DNA of 64,000 bases from Polyangiaceae bacterium (lineage in GTDB: Bacteria > Myxococcota_A > Polyangia > Polyangiales > Polyangiaceae): NCBI GenBank assembly GCA_044222475.1, contig JBGANF010000012.1, forward strand, positions 1 through 64,000. Direction: 5' to 3'. Both the position numbers and the translations under genes were made by a program. The notes below the pieces were generated by a model. That model searched no databases. It was not told where the DNA came from and saw only the letters and a list, made by a program, of their open reading frames with translations. Below, in pieces: positions 40,013 through 49,709 of this stretch. How positions within the stretch are numbered: position 1 is the stretch's first letter; each line of letters begins with the position of its first letter.

Positions 40013-40402
40013 TCAGGCGAAGTAGCCCTTCACCTTGTCGTCGGTGAGGACCTTGAGCGACTTCGCGTGCTGGTAGACGGCGACCGACACGTAGCCGGCG
40101 TAGAGCAGGTACGTGAGCGACCACTCGGTGAAGAAGGTGTAGAGGCCGCCCGCGATGCCGAGGACGCCGAGGATCACGCTGAGGCCACCGAGGACGACGA
40201 GCACCCAACGAGTGAGCGACGACTTGCGCAGGAGCAGCCGGCCGATCGCGAAGGTGAACACCCAGCTGACGAACACCGAGATGGCCGCGCCGATGGCGGA
40301 GAAGATCCCGATCCCGTTCATCAGGAACGTGGCCACCCCGGTGAAGACGGCGAAGCCGTACCAGGAGTTCGTGAGCTTCTCGAGCTTCTCTTTGGCGTCC
40401 AT
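40013..40402 (-). CDS. Small 4-TM membrane protein
   Basis: Four hydrophobic segments; LTDDKVKGYF C-terminus. Confidence 0.75.
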   Translation of the reverse strand: MDAKEKLEKLTNSWYGFAVFTGVATFLMNGIGIFSAIGAAISVFVSWVFTFAIGRLLLRKSSLTRWVLVVLGGLSVILGVLGIAGGLYTFFTEWSLTYLLYAGYVSVAVYQHAKSLKVLTDDKVKGYFA

Positions 40403-40423
40403 CCGTATGACCTACGGCCCAGC

Positions 40424-41323
40424 CTAGCGCACCCTTCCCTTCGCCGCGAACGCCGCGAGGACGAAGTCCCGAAAGGCTCGCACTTTCGGAGGGATGAAGC
40501 GGCCGCCTCGATGGAGCAGAAACAATGTGGCTCCGGAGATCTCGTGATCCTTCATCACTTGGACGAGCTCGCCCGAGGCGAGGTGGGGCTCGACCGAGAC
40601 CTTCGGCACGAAGCCGATGCCGGCGCCGGCGCGCGCGAGCTCGATGACGAAGTTCATGTCGGTCGCGACGATGGTCGGGGTCGCCGTGACCTTCGTCACC
40701 TTCCCGGTCTTCACGTGGCGTATCGGAAACTCCCGCACGCGTGACGGAAGGAACACCGTCCGATGGGATGCGAGGTCCTCGGGGGTGCGCGGCGCGCGGT
40801 GGCGCGCGAGGTACGCGGGTGACGCGATGATCGCGAGGTCCAGCGGGAGCACGCGATGCGCGATGAGCGCCGAGTCGGCGAGTTGCATCGCGACGCGGAG
40901 CGCGACGTCGATCCGATCGGCATCGAAGTCGAGTGACTGCTGGGTGACCACCATCTCGATGCGAACCGCGGGGTGCCGGTCGGCGAAGTCGACGATCACC
41001 GGCGCGAGCACGCCGTTGAACTCGGGGCCCGACGTGACCCGAAGAAGCCCGGAAGGAACGGCGCGCGCCTGGCGAGCAGCGTCGTTCGCGGCGCCGAGGA
41101 GCTCGAGGACGTCCCCCACCCGTGCACGATAGGCCGCGCCGTCCTCGGTCGGCTCGACGCGGCGCGGTGTCCGCTCGAGGAGCGCCACGCCGAGCGATGC
41201 CTCGAGGCGCGTGATGCGACGGCTCACCGTCGCCTTGCTCTCTCGAAGCGCCTTGGCCGCCATCGTGATCGAGCGCAGATCCGCGACGAGGCAGAAGGCG
41301 CGGAGGTCCGTCACGTCTCCCAC
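40424..41323 (-). CDS. LysR-family transcriptional regulator (CrgA/DmlR-like)
   Basis: DLRAFCLV...SITMAAKAL...VSRRITRLEASLGVALLERT; PPKVRAFRDF; start 41323 or 41314. Confidence 0.92.
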   Translation of the reverse strand: MGDVTDLRAFCLVADLRSITMAAKALRESKATVSRRITRLEASLGVALLERTPRRVEPTEDGAAYRARVGDVLELLGAANDAARQARAVPSGLLRVTSGPEFNGVLAPVIVDFADRHPAVRIEMVVTQQSLDFDADRIDVALRVAMQLADSALIAHRVLPLDLAIIASPAYLARHRAPRTPEDLASHRTVFLPSRVREFPIRHVKTGKVTKVTATPTIVATDMNFVIELARAGAGIGFVPKVSVEPHLASGELVQVMKDHEISGATLFLLHRGGRFIPPKVRAFRDFVLAAFAAKGRVR

Positions 41324-41326
41324 CAA

Positions 41327-41386
41327 CGTTGCCGATTCAGCAACGTGACGTTGTTTTTTGGATACTTGTTCCACTTTCAGCAACGT
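41327..41386. promoter_or_regulatory. LysR-type binding region between lysR and the doxX-like gene
   Basis: CGTTGC-N7-GCAACG dyad (T-N11-A) at 41327-41345; TTCAGCAACGT repeated at 41336 and 41376. Confidence 0.7.
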
Positions 41387-41401
41387 ACCACATTGAGGCG
41401 C

Positions 41402-41836
41402 ATGAGCACCGTCACCTCCCCCTCGTCCACCGCGCCGGTCCAAACCGGCAAAGCCCTCCACATCGGCCTCTGGATCGCCCAGGCCCTCCTCGCCCTCGGC
41501 TTCGGCATGGCTGGCTTCATGAAGATCGGCACCCCGATCGACGAGCTCGCCAAGTCCCTGCCTTGGGTGACGAGCACCCCCGTGCCACTCGTACGGTTCA
41601 TCGGGACAGCCGAGCTGCTCGGCGCGATCGGCCTGGTCCTCCCCGCGGCGACTCGGATCAAGCCCGGCCTCACCGCGCTCGCCGGCGCCGGCCTGGTGAC
41701 GGTGATGCTGCTCGCCTCTGCGTTCCACCTCTCGCGCGGCGAAGCAGGCGCGCTGCCGGTGAACTTCGTCCTCGGTGGGCTCGCGGCGTTCGTGGCATGG
41801 GGTCGCTGGAAGCGCGCGCCGATCAGCCCGCGCTGA
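41402..41836 (+). CDS. DoxX-family membrane protein
   Basis: LWIAQALLA...AGFMK, RFIGTAELLGAIGLVLP, FH. Confidence 0.9.
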   Translation: MSTVTSPSSTAPVQTGKALHIGLWIAQALLALGFGMAGFMKIGTPIDELAKSLPWVTSTPVPLVRFIGTAELLGAIGLVLPAATRIKPGLTALAGAGLVTVMLLASAFHLSRGEAGALPVNFVLGGLAAFVAWGRWKRAPISPR

Positions 41837-42263
41837 CGGCGAGCCGAGCGAGCGCTTCGCGCATCGGCGGCGGGATCGACACGGACGTGCGCGTGCTTCG
41901 GTCGACGAAGACGTGGACGAACGTGCCGCTCGCCGCGGCGCTCGCGTCACCGTCGCGGAAGATGCCGATGCCCCAGGTAACGGATTTCTCGCCCAACCGA
42001 TCGACGCGGATCCCCGCGCGGAGCGTGTCCGGATAGGCGAGCGGCGCGTGGTACTCGCACGAGGACGCGACGACGAGCGCGATGATCGGCGAGCGCTCGA
42101 TGTCGAGGCCTCCCTCGCGGATCAGGTACAGGTTCGCCGCGCTGTCGAAGTAGCTGTAGTACGTGACGTTGTTGACGTGACCGTAGGCGTCGTTGTCCAT
42201 CCAGCGCGTCGTGATCGGACAGAACCAGCGGTACGCGTCGGGCGCCGGGGAAGCGGTGGCCAT
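41823..42263 (-). CDS. Acyl-CoA thioesterase (4HBT/YbgC-like)
   Basis: TRWMDNDAYGHVNNVTYYSYFD; FVHVFVD. Confidence 0.92.
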   Translation of the reverse strand: MATASPAPDAYRWFCPITTRWMDNDAYGHVNNVTYYSYFDSAANLYLIREGGLDIERSPIIALVVASSCEYHAPLAYPDTLRAGIRVDRLGEKSVTWGIGIFRDGDASAAASGTFVHVFVDRSTRTSVSIPPPMREALARLAVSAG

Positions 42264-42272
42264 GGAGACTTC

Positions 42273-43589
42273 CTACCAGTAGCGAAGCGCGCCGCGGAAG
42301 AGCTCTTCGAGGACCGGACGCGACATCTCTCGAGGCGCGTTGGCCAGGAGCCGCTGCTGCGGGAGCGCGCGATCGGTGAGCGCTCCGACGTCGGCCGAGT
42401 CGTAGCCGACCCCGGTGATGCCGTTCGGCATGCGTGTAGTCTGCATCCATCGGACGAGCTCGGTCGCGAGCACCTCGCCGGCGTCGCCGGGGTGATCCTC
42501 CCGCGCGCCGCGGATGTCGGCACCGAGAGCCGCGGCCGCGGCGAGGTGCCGATCCGGGCATGCGCTCGCGGTGTACCGAAACACCGACGGCGCGCTGACC
42601 ACGACCGACGTGCCGTGCGGGATCATCGGCTTGCCGGGCGGGTAGCCAGGCGGCTCGTAGCCCTTCACGAGACCGGCGACCGCGTAGGCCATCCCGTGCG
42701 GCGCGTGGACGCCAGCGTTGCCGAACGCGATGCCCGCGAGCGTCGCCGCCCACATGACCTGCGAGCGAGCTTCGTCGTCCGTCGCGTCGGCGACGGCGCG
42801 CGCGAAATGAGTCCCCAAGAGCCGCAGCGCCTCGAGGCAACCGATGTCGCTCCACGGGTTGGCTCCCTGACTCATCGGTCGCGCGAGGGGCGACGCCACG
42901 GCCGGTCGCGTCACGTACCGTCGCGCGGTGTACGACTCGAGCGCGTGACAGAGGACGTCCATCCCGCTCGCCGCGACCACCGGCGACGGCAACGAGCGCG
43001 TGAAGTCCGGATCGACGAGCGCCTCGCTCGGCCGGAGGAGCGGCGATGCGATCCCGGTCTTCAAGCGCTGCGCGACGAGATCGAAGATCGCGATGCCGGT
43101 CACCTCGCTGCCGGTGCCGGACGTCGTCGGGCATGCGATGTGGGGCGCGAGCCGGCCCGGCACCGGCCGACCTTCGCCGACCGGCGCGTTCACGTAGGCC
43201 AGGAAGTCGGCCGGGTGGGTCGCGTAGAGGTTCGCGGCCTTGCACGTGTCGATCACCGATCCGCCGCCGACCGACACGTACCCGTCGACCTTGGCCTCGC
43301 GGGCGAAGCGGGCGGCGGCCTCGAACGACGCGTCCGACGGCTCGATCCGCACCTCGGTGAAGAGGACCACGTCGAGGCCGCTCGAGGCTAGCGACGCACG
43401 CACGGCGGCCAGCTCGGGCAAGGCGCCGACCCGCGGATCGGTGAAGAGCGCGACCCGGGTCATCCCCAGCGCCTTCGCCCTCGGGCCGGCCTCGCGCGAC
43501 GCGCCTCGACCGAACGTGATCCGCGATGCGTCCACGGTGAACGCGTTCTCGCAGCCTGCTACCGCCGCGTAGTAGTGCGCGCACGACAT
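42273..43589 (-). CDS. Hydroxyacid-oxoacid transhydrogenase-like iron-containing alcohol dehydrogenase
   Basis: [50 protein letters not shown]. Confidence 0.9.
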   Translation of the reverse strand: MSCAHYYAAVAGCENAFTVDASRITFGRGASREAGPRAKALGMTRVALFTDPRVGALPELAAVRASLASSGLDVVLFTEVRIEPSDASFEAAARFAREAKVDGYVSVGGGSVIDTCKAANLYATHPADFLAYVNAPVGEGRPVPGRLAPHIACPTTSGTGSEVTGIAIFDLVAQRLKTGIASPLLRPSEALVDPDFTRSLPSPVVAASGMDVLCHALESYTARRYVTRPAVASPLARPMSQGANPWSDIGCLEALRLLGTHFARAVADATDDEARSQVMWAATLAGIAFGNAGVHAPHGMAYAVAGLVKGYEPPGYPPGKPMIPHGTSVVVSAPSVFRYTASACPDRHLAAAAALGADIRGAREDHPGDAGEVLATELVRWMQTTRMPNGITGVGYDSADVGALTDRALPQQRLLANAPREMSRPVLEELFRGALRYW

Positions 43590-43608
43590 GGCGGCTAGTC
43601 TACCGCGC
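43590..43608. promoter_or_regulatory. Putative bidirectional leaderless promoter
   Basis: TAGTCT (+, 43596-43601) and TAGACT (-, 43602-43597), each 7 nt from an ATG. Confidence 0.65.
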
Positions 43609-44058
43609 ATGAGCGAAGATCACTCCGCGACCGTGAACTCCCTCCCCGATGGCTGGGTCAAGGCGACCGGCGTTCGCTTCGTCCGAGCGACCCCGACCGA
43701 GGTCACCGCCGAGCTCGACGTCGGCGAGCACCACAAGCAGGCGCTCGGGATGGTCCATGGCGGCGTGTTCTCAGGCCTGGTCGAGACAGTCACCTCGGTG
43801 GGCGCCGGCATCAACGCGATGATGGCGGGCAAGCTCAGCGTCGGGCTCGAGAACCACACGTCGTTCCTCCACGCCGTACGCAAGGGCACGATTCGGGCGA
43901 CCGCGCGGCCGCTCGCCCGCGGAGGCCGCACGCAGGTGTGGGAAGCGAACGTCACCGACGATCGCGATCGCGTGGTCGCGACCGGTCGGGTCCGGTTTCT
44001 CGTGCTCGAGCCCGGGTCGTCGGTCGGAGGCGAGCCGGTGGCGCTGAAGGAGGGCTGA
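43609..44058 (+). CDS. PaaI-family thioesterase
   Basis: [11 protein letters not shown]...[19 protein letters not shown]. Confidence 0.9.
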   Translation: MSEDHSATVNSLPDGWVKATGVRFVRATPTEVTAELDVGEHHKQALGMVHGGVFSGLVETVTSVGAGINAMMAGKLSVGLENHTSFLHAVRKGTIRATARPLARGGRTQVWEANVTDDRDRVVATGRVRFLVLEPGSSVGGEPVALKEG

Positions 44059-44067
44059 GCCGCCCCG

Positions 44068-44457
44068 TCAGCGGGCGTGGGCGAAGAGAGCCTCGAAGTC
44101 GCGCAGGAACTTCCCGTCGTCGGGTGTCTTCTCGAGCGCGCCGATGGCACCGCAGGCCCGAGCTCGACGGTCTCGCTCCTCCGCCGACGCGCTCGTGTGG
44201 ATCACGATCGGCGGTGGGTCGGAGAGCGCTCGCAGCAGACCGACCGTCGCCTTGTCTCCATCGAGCGTCGGCATCTCGAGATCCATCAGAACGACGTCGG
44301 GGCGGTGCTCGGCGACGGCCTGCGTGAGGTCCATCGCGGAGTCGAGCGTCACGACCCGAAAACCGGCGCCCTCGAGCCGCGTCCGAACCACCCGCTGGGC
44401 GACGACGCTGTCGTCGATGACGAGCACGGTTCCACGAGCGGACACTTCCACCGGCAC
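44068..44457 (-). CDS. Single-domain response regulator
   Basis: VLVIDDS, PDVVLMDLEMP, HT, K; start uncertain. Confidence 0.82.
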   Translation of the reverse strand: MPVEVSARGTVLVIDDSVVAQRVVRTRLEGAGFRVVTLDSAMDLTQAVAEHRPDVVLMDLEMPTLDGDKATVGLLRALSDPPPIVIHTSASAEERDRRARACGAIGALEKTPDDGKFLRDFEALFAHAR

Positions 44458-44487
44458 GCAGCCAAGGTTATCTCCCTGAGTGGATCC

Positions 44488-45135
44488 ATGTCCACGAGTG
44501 ACACGCCCCTCACGCGCACCATCGCGGCGATCGCCTCCGCGGAGTCGATGACGCCGGAGGACCGCGACCACGCGATCGAAGCAGCGCTCGGCATCGACCG
44601 ACCTCCGGCCGACGCGGACATCCGACGACCACCGGGTGACGACCTCATCGGCCTCCACTCGAGCAGCGCCGACGCCATCCTGGGCGCGCTCCGCGAGGCG
44701 AAGGTGACGCGGGGTGACACCTTCATCGATCTCGGCTCGGGCACCGGGAAAGCGGTCATGCTCGCCCGACTCCTCACCGGCGCGACCGCGCGAGGCATCG
44801 AGATCCAGCGCGACCTCGTCGAGCAGGCCTCCGCCGCCGCGACTCGAGCCGGGATCGACGTCTCGTTCACTCACGGCGACGCACGCGACGCCGCGATCGA
44901 CGACGGCACCGTCTTCTTCATGTACACGCCGTTCGTCGGCGCGGCGCTCCACGCGGTCCTCGCGCGCCTCGAGGCCGTCGCCCGACGACGGCCGATCGTG
45001 GTGTGCGCGCTCGGCTTCGAGCTCCACCGCGACGCACCCTGGCTCGTTCGTCGCGCGGTCGACTCGTTCTGGCTCGACGTCTACGACGGCGGTCCGCTCA
45101 GTTCGGCAGATCGACGAACGAGAACCCTCGGGTAG
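44488..45135 (+). CDS. Class I SAM-dependent methyltransferase (DOT1-like motif pattern)
   Basis: FIDLGSGTGK, GIEI, GDA, VFFMYTPF. Confidence 0.8.
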   Translation: MSTSDTPLTRTIAAIASAESMTPEDRDHAIEAALGIDRPPADADIRRPPGDDLIGLHSSSADAILGALREAKVTRGDTFIDLGSGTGKAVMLARLLTGATARGIEIQRDLVEQASAAATRAGIDVSFTHGDARDAAIDDGTVFFMYTPFVGAALHAVLARLEAVARRRPIVVCALGFELHRDAPWLVRRAVDSFWLDVYDGGPLSSADRRTRTLG

Positions 45136-46291
45136 GCCCCGACTCGACGCCGAGGACGAACCGGCGGTCCGTGCCCGGGACGACGGTGAACCCGCCCGGC
45201 TCCACCGTCTTGGGGTGGATCTCCTCGCACACTTCGCTCACGAGATCGCACGCCCAAGCGCCGGCTTGATAGACGACGATGCGCTTGCCGCCCGGGAGGA
45301 AGTGCCAGTAGCGAATGTCGGGCGAGCCGAGATCGAGCTCGCGCACCGTGCGCGTCGAGAAGTCGGCGACGGTCAGATCCTTGCCGCCGGGATACACGAC
45401 CCTCGTCCCTTCGAGGCTGAACACCATGCCGAACACGTCGGCTCCGGCGGGGAGCGGGATCGGGTGTCCTTCGCCGGTGGTGACGCAGGCGGGCCGGGTG
45501 CCCTCGTAGAAGCAGACTTTGTCGCCAGTGGGGGCGAGCCGGATGCTCTGCATCGGTTCGTCCCCGCTCGAGTGCACGATCGGCGTGATTCGACCGGTCA
45601 CGCCGTCGATTCGGTCGAGCGTCCGGTACGGAGTGCGCTCCAGGGTGACGCCGGCCCTGGATGGCGCGCCGACGACGAAGACGCGGCCGTCGTCCGATGC
45701 GTCGGCACCGCCGCAACGCTCGTCGGAGACCGTGCGCTTCTGACCGGTCCTCGGTGACAGGACGACGAGGTGACACCCGTCCCAAAGTGGTACCGTATCG
45801 TCGTCGACGAAGCGCGCGACGTGCACCGGCCGCGCGCTGGCGAGCTCGCGACCGTCGGGGACCGAGAGGACGGTCACGGTGCGCGTCTCGTCGTCGAGGA
45901 TCAGCACCTCCTTGCCCGACGGCGAGAACCGCACGTCGTGGACCTCCTTCGTCGAGAACAGCACGCCCTTCGGGTTCGACGGAGACACGAGGAGCGCCCC
46001 GCTCCGCTTCGGCTCGATCACGTCGACGACGTACGTGACCCCGTCGGGGGCGACCGTGGCTCCGGCGGAGCTCGACACCGGGAACCGCGTCGTCTTCGCG
46101 TGACCGCGCGCGATCGTGAAGCGAATCGGTGGACCCGCGGTGAACGGGCGATCGTCGAACGCATGCGCTTCCACCGGAGCCGCCGCGTCCGCCGCGACGG
46201 GCACCGGGGCCGTCGGAACGGTGACCTCGTTCGCGCGGGCGCCTCCGCAAGCGGCGAAGACCGCGGCGAGGGCTACTTCGCGGACTCGCAC
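45098..46291 (-). CDS. TolB/WD40-like beta-propeller lipoprotein
   Basis: FAAC lipobox; FSPSG, SDDG, APTG and FLPGG blade motifs. Confidence 0.65.
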   Translation of the reverse strand: MRVREVALAAVFAACGGARANEVTVPTAPVPVAADAAAPVEAHAFDDRPFTAGPPIRFTIARGHAKTTRFPVSSSAGATVAPDGVTYVVDVIEPKRSGALLVSPSNPKGVLFSTKEVHDVRFSPSGKEVLILDDETRTVTVLSVPDGRELASARPVHVARFVDDDTVPLWDGCHLVVLSPRTGQKRTVSDERCGGADASDDGRVFVVGAPSRAGVTLERTPYRTLDRIDGVTGRITPIVHSSGDEPMQSIRLAPTGDKVCFYEGTRPACVTTGEGHPIPLPAGADVFGMVFSLEGTRVVYPGGKDLTVADFSTRTVRELDLGSPDIRYWHFLPGGKRIVVYQAGAWACDLVSEVCEEIHPKTVEPGGFTVVPGTDRRFVLGVESGPTRGFSFVDLPN

Positions 46292-46653
46292 GCGGTGGTG
46301 GAGCACGCGCCGCAGCTCACGCACGTCGCCGTGCAAGGGTCGAGGCAGTTCTTCTGGTCATTGTCGCACTGGTTGATGCAACCTTGGTTCGAGCACCCGG
46401 CGACGCACGTGGTGTGGGTCGTGTTGCACGCCCCGTTGCACGCCGCCGCGGCGGAGAGACAGCTCGGGGGACATCCCGGCGCGTCCTTCGGAGCGTCCTT
46501 CGGTGCGTCCTTCGGTGCATCCGTGGGCGAGTCCGTCGGCGAGTCCGTCGGCGCGTCCGAGGTTCCACCGTCCCCATCGGCGACGACGTAGTCACCGACG
46601 CCGGTGATGGCGTTGCACCCCGTGAGGGCGAGGACGAGCACGATCCAACGCAT
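46273..46653 (-). CDS. Small Cys-rich lipoprotein
   Basis: LTGC lipobox; D(A/S)P(T/K) repeats; Cys-x3-Cys-rich C-terminus. Confidence 0.75.
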   Translation of the reverse strand: MRWIVLVLALTGCNAITGVGDYVVADGDGGTSDAPTDSPTDSPTDAPKDAPKDAPKDAPGCPPSCLSAAAACNGACNTTHTTCVAGCSNQGCINQCDNDQKNCLDPCTATCVSCGACSTTACESAK

Positions 46654-47570
46654 CAAAACCCCCCCTCGATCCCGACGGAAAGGAAGCCGACTCGCGGCGC
46701 AATCCACGCCGTCGTCGGAGGCTCGCGCTTCGAGAGGACGATGCCGACGATGCCGCCCACGACACCAACGCCGCCCACGATGAACGCGATCGTCGACACG
46801 GTGCCCAGCGTCTTCGACGTGTCGATCGTGTCGGCGGACGACGCCGGACATACCATGTTGGGACAATCGGTCTTGAGCTTGGAAGCGGTCACGAGTGCGC
46901 CGATCCCGGTCGCAGCGCCCGTGAGCAGACCGACCGCTCCGACGCCGAAGCCGATGAACACGAGCGGGTGAAGTTTGACCGCTGGCCGCATCGAGGGGTG
47001 CATCGGCACGGTCACCGTGCCCGACTCTCCGTCGCGCAGATCGACCTCGGTGCGCCCCTCGGAGTCGTTGGTCCGAAGCTCCACGACGTGGTGTCCGGGA
47101 TCGACGACCCGCGGCACGGTCGCAGCGTCGCGTGGGATGGGCATCCCATCGATGACGAGCGAAGCGCCCTCGACCGGGGTGACGGCGAGCGTCGCCAACC
47201 GGGCTTTGGCGCCATCCGCCAGCTTCGTGGCTTCGTCGCGCGCTTCGTCGGCCTTGGCCGACTCGCCGGCGACCTTCGGCATGCGCGCGGCCTTCTGCAA
47301 AGTGTCGCGACCGTCGAGGATCTTCCCCAGCGCGAGCTGAGACCGGCCGACCTCGAGCGCGGTGATCGGCGTGGGCACGAGCGCGAACGCAGCCTTGAAG
47401 CGAACGAGCGCGCCCGCTTCGTCCCCCTTCTCGCGAAGAGCGATCCCTTCGAGGTACTGGGCCTTCGCGCTCTCGACGTCGGCGGGAGACGGATCGGCGA
47501 ACGCTGGCGTGGAGACGGCGAGCACGACGGCGAGCGCGCACGCGCCCGCGAGCTCACTGGATGACCACAT
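46653..47570 (-). CDS. TPR/PEGA-type secreted protein with C-terminal hydrophobic segments
   Basis: Signal peptide, TPR-like helices, VDPGHHVV PEGA-like region, C-x4-C, EGGF C-terminus. Confidence 0.78.
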   Translation of the reverse strand: MWSSSELAGACALAVVLAVSTPAFADPSPADVESAKAQYLEGIALREKGDEAGALVRFKAAFALVPTPITALEVGRSQLALGKILDGRDTLQKAARMPKVAGESAKADEARDEATKLADGAKARLATLAVTPVEGASLVIDGMPIPRDAATVPRVVDPGHHVVELRTNDSEGRTEVDLRDGESGTVTVPMHPSMRPAVKLHPLVFIGFGVGAVGLLTGAATGIGALVTASKLKTDCPNMVCPASSADTIDTSKTLGTVSTIAFIVGGVGVVGGIVGIVLSKREPPTTAWIAPRVGFLSVGIEGGF

Positions 47571-49281
47571 CGCTCCCCTTCGGCTTGGCCGAACGCACTC
47601 CGGTCGCCGTCGGGCGGCCGGTCGGGCGGGTGGTGGCGGTGGGGCGCGGCGTCGCCGTCGGCCGTGCCGTCGGGCGGGTCGTCGCCGCCGTGGTCGACGG
47701 GTGGCTCGTCGCGCTCGGGGGAGGCGCAGTCCCCGTCGCCGAGGTTTCTGCGACCGTCGCGGCGGTCGTCGACGCGGGCGCGGTGGCGGTCGACGTTTGG
47801 CTCGTCATCGGAGGGGTCACGCTAGCCGAAGCATCGCCCCCTGGCCGCCGAAACGCAAACGCGAGGAGAACGACCAGCAGCGCGACCCCCACGACGCCCG
47901 CGACCACCGGAACGAGGCGCTTGCGCCGCGCAGGTTCGACGGGGACCGAGTCGCCCGCCATGCCATCCGGCTCGACGGGGGCGACCGACTCGAACTTCGG
48001 TGCTGGCGTGAGACCGGAGACGGTCGCTCCCTGGGGTGGTGGCGTGACCGCGCCGTCGGTGACGACCGCGGCGGGCGGCGGCGTGGGGAGCGGAGGTGGC
48101 GCCGCGGACTCGAGCGGCTCCGCTGGGTCGTCGAGCTCGTTCGGTGACGAGTCCGCCGGGAGGGCACCGGACCCGCCGGGCTTCGGCGGCGACACGATCG
48201 GGAGCGACACGTCGGAGATGGACTGCTGCGAGTCTTGGACCGCCCGCACCTGGGCGTCGCGTTCGAGGACGTCTTTGATGCTGTCGCGCTTGCCCGCGAG
48301 ATCGATCGCGAGCTTCACGAGACGCTTCCGCTCGTCCATCCGCTCTTTCGTGTGCTTCGAGAGGAACGCCGCGATGTCTTCGGGCGTCGCGCGAATGCGC
48401 ATCTGGACCATCGCATCCTCGATGGCCGTCCGCAGCTCGGCCGCGGTGGAGAAGCGGTCCTTCGGCTCCCGCGCGAGCGCCTTGATGATGAGCGCCTCGA
48501 CCTTGGGGTGGGGGGCGTTCGGCACCGACTTGATCGCCTCGCCGGTCAACAGCGCGTGGAGACGCGCCATGTCGGTGTCGCCGTCGTAGGGAGTGGACCC
48601 CACGAAGAGCTCGTACGCCATGACTCCGACGGCGAAGATGTCGGAGCGGCGGTCGATCGACTTGCCCATCGCCTGCTCGGGCGCCATGTAGCGGCTCTTG
48701 CCCTTGGTGTGGCCGGCACCGGTCTCGTCGCCGAGGCGATCTCGGGCCTTCGCGACGCCGAAGTCGATGAGCTTCACCGAGCCGTTGTTCGGCACGAGGA
48801 TGTTCTGGGGCGACACGTCCCGATGGACGACCCCGAGGAGCTGACCGTCGGTGCCGCGAAGCTCGTGGGCTGCGTGCAGGCCGGCGCACGCGTCCGAGAG
48901 GATTCGGAGCGCGATCGCCGTCGTCATCTTCACTCCGCGCTTTGCGACCCCCCGTCGCAGCCGCGAGAGCGAGTCGCCGTCGACGTACTCCATGACGAGG
49001 TAGAGGCAGTCGCGCCACTCGCCGAGGTCGAGGATCTTGGCGACGTTCGGGTGATCGATCTCGCTGGCGATCCGCGCCTCGTCGAGGAACATCCGCTGAA
49101 AGCGATTCTCCAGCGCGTGCTCGGGGAGGATCGTCTTGATCGCGACGAGCTTCTCGAACCCGTGACGCCCCTTGAGGCGCCCGAGCCACACGTCGGCCAT
49201 GCCCCCCCGTGCGATCGCACATAGCAGCTCGTACCTATCCAGTACGACGCCGGGCTCCAGCCCGACGGATGCGTCCGACAT
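47554..49281 (-). CDS. Membrane-anchored Ser/Thr protein kinase
   Basis: ARGGMA, VAIK, FLDEARIA, HRDVSPQN, DFG, GKSRYMAPE; TM helix and Thr/Pro tail. Confidence 0.95.
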   Translation of the reverse strand: MSDASVGLEPGVVLDRYELLCAIARGGMADVWLGRLKGRHGFEKLVAIKTILPEHALENRFQRMFLDEARIASEIDHPNVAKILDLGEWRDCLYLVMEYVDGDSLSRLRRGVAKRGVKMTTAIALRILSDACAGLHAAHELRGTDGQLLGVVHRDVSPQNILVPNNGSVKLIDFGVAKARDRLGDETGAGHTKGKSRYMAPEQAMGKSIDRRSDIFAVGVMAYELFVGSTPYDGDTDMARLHALLTGEAIKSVPNAPHPKVEALIIKALAREPKDRFSTAAELRTAIEDAMVQMRIRATPEDIAAFLSKHTKERMDERKRLVKLAIDLAGKRDSIKDVLERDAQVRAVQDSQQSISDVSLPIVSPPKPGGSGALPADSSPNELDDPAEPLESAAPPPLPTPPPAAVVTDGAVTPPPQGATVSGLTPAPKFESVAPVEPDGMAGDSVPVEPARRKRLVPVVAGVVGVALLVVLLAFAFRRPGGDASASVTPPMTSQTSTATAPASTTAATVAETSATGTAPPPSATSHPSTTAATTRPTARPTATPRPTATTRPTGRPTATGVRSAKPKGSDVVIQ

Positions 49282-49352
49282 TCGCTGAGAATACTGGCAT
49301 TTGGCTACTCGAGCCAACCCTTACGCTGCAAACCGGTTTTTCCCTGGGTCCT

Positions 49353-49640
49353 TCAGATGGCCTCGTCCGGCCGAATCCAGACCACGCTCTCTTTGCGCAC
49401 CACCAGGAAGGGGGCCGAGGTCAGCACTTCCCCTGAATTGCCGTAGATCGTGACCTCGGTCACGACGAAGAACGGCTCGTTGGGCAGGTTCAGCTCGTCG
49501 ACGACCCGCCGGTCGGGCCGGAGGTGGGCAAAACCCTGAATGAGCCCGCCATGATCCGTCTGGATCAGGACCCACTGGACGTTCTTGGCGACTTTGTCGC
49601 TCGCGAGGCGAGGCGGCGGTTGGGGATACCGGTTCGACAT
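49353..49640 (-). CDS. Small conserved hypothetical protein (DUF6812-like)
   Basis: IQG..H...RVVDELN...F...FLVVRKESVVWI pattern; GGAG SD. Confidence 0.65.
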   Translation of the reverse strand: MSNRYPQPPPRLASDKVAKNVQWVLIQTDHGGLIQGFAHLRPDRRVVDELNLPNEPFFVVTEVTIYGNSGEVLTSAPFLVVRKESVVWIRPDEAI

Positions 49641-49709
49641 TTTTCTCCAGGACGCGCTCCAGAGCGCTTCAGGACGCGCAAAAAGCGCTATGGGCTCATA
49701 CTATCCCGC

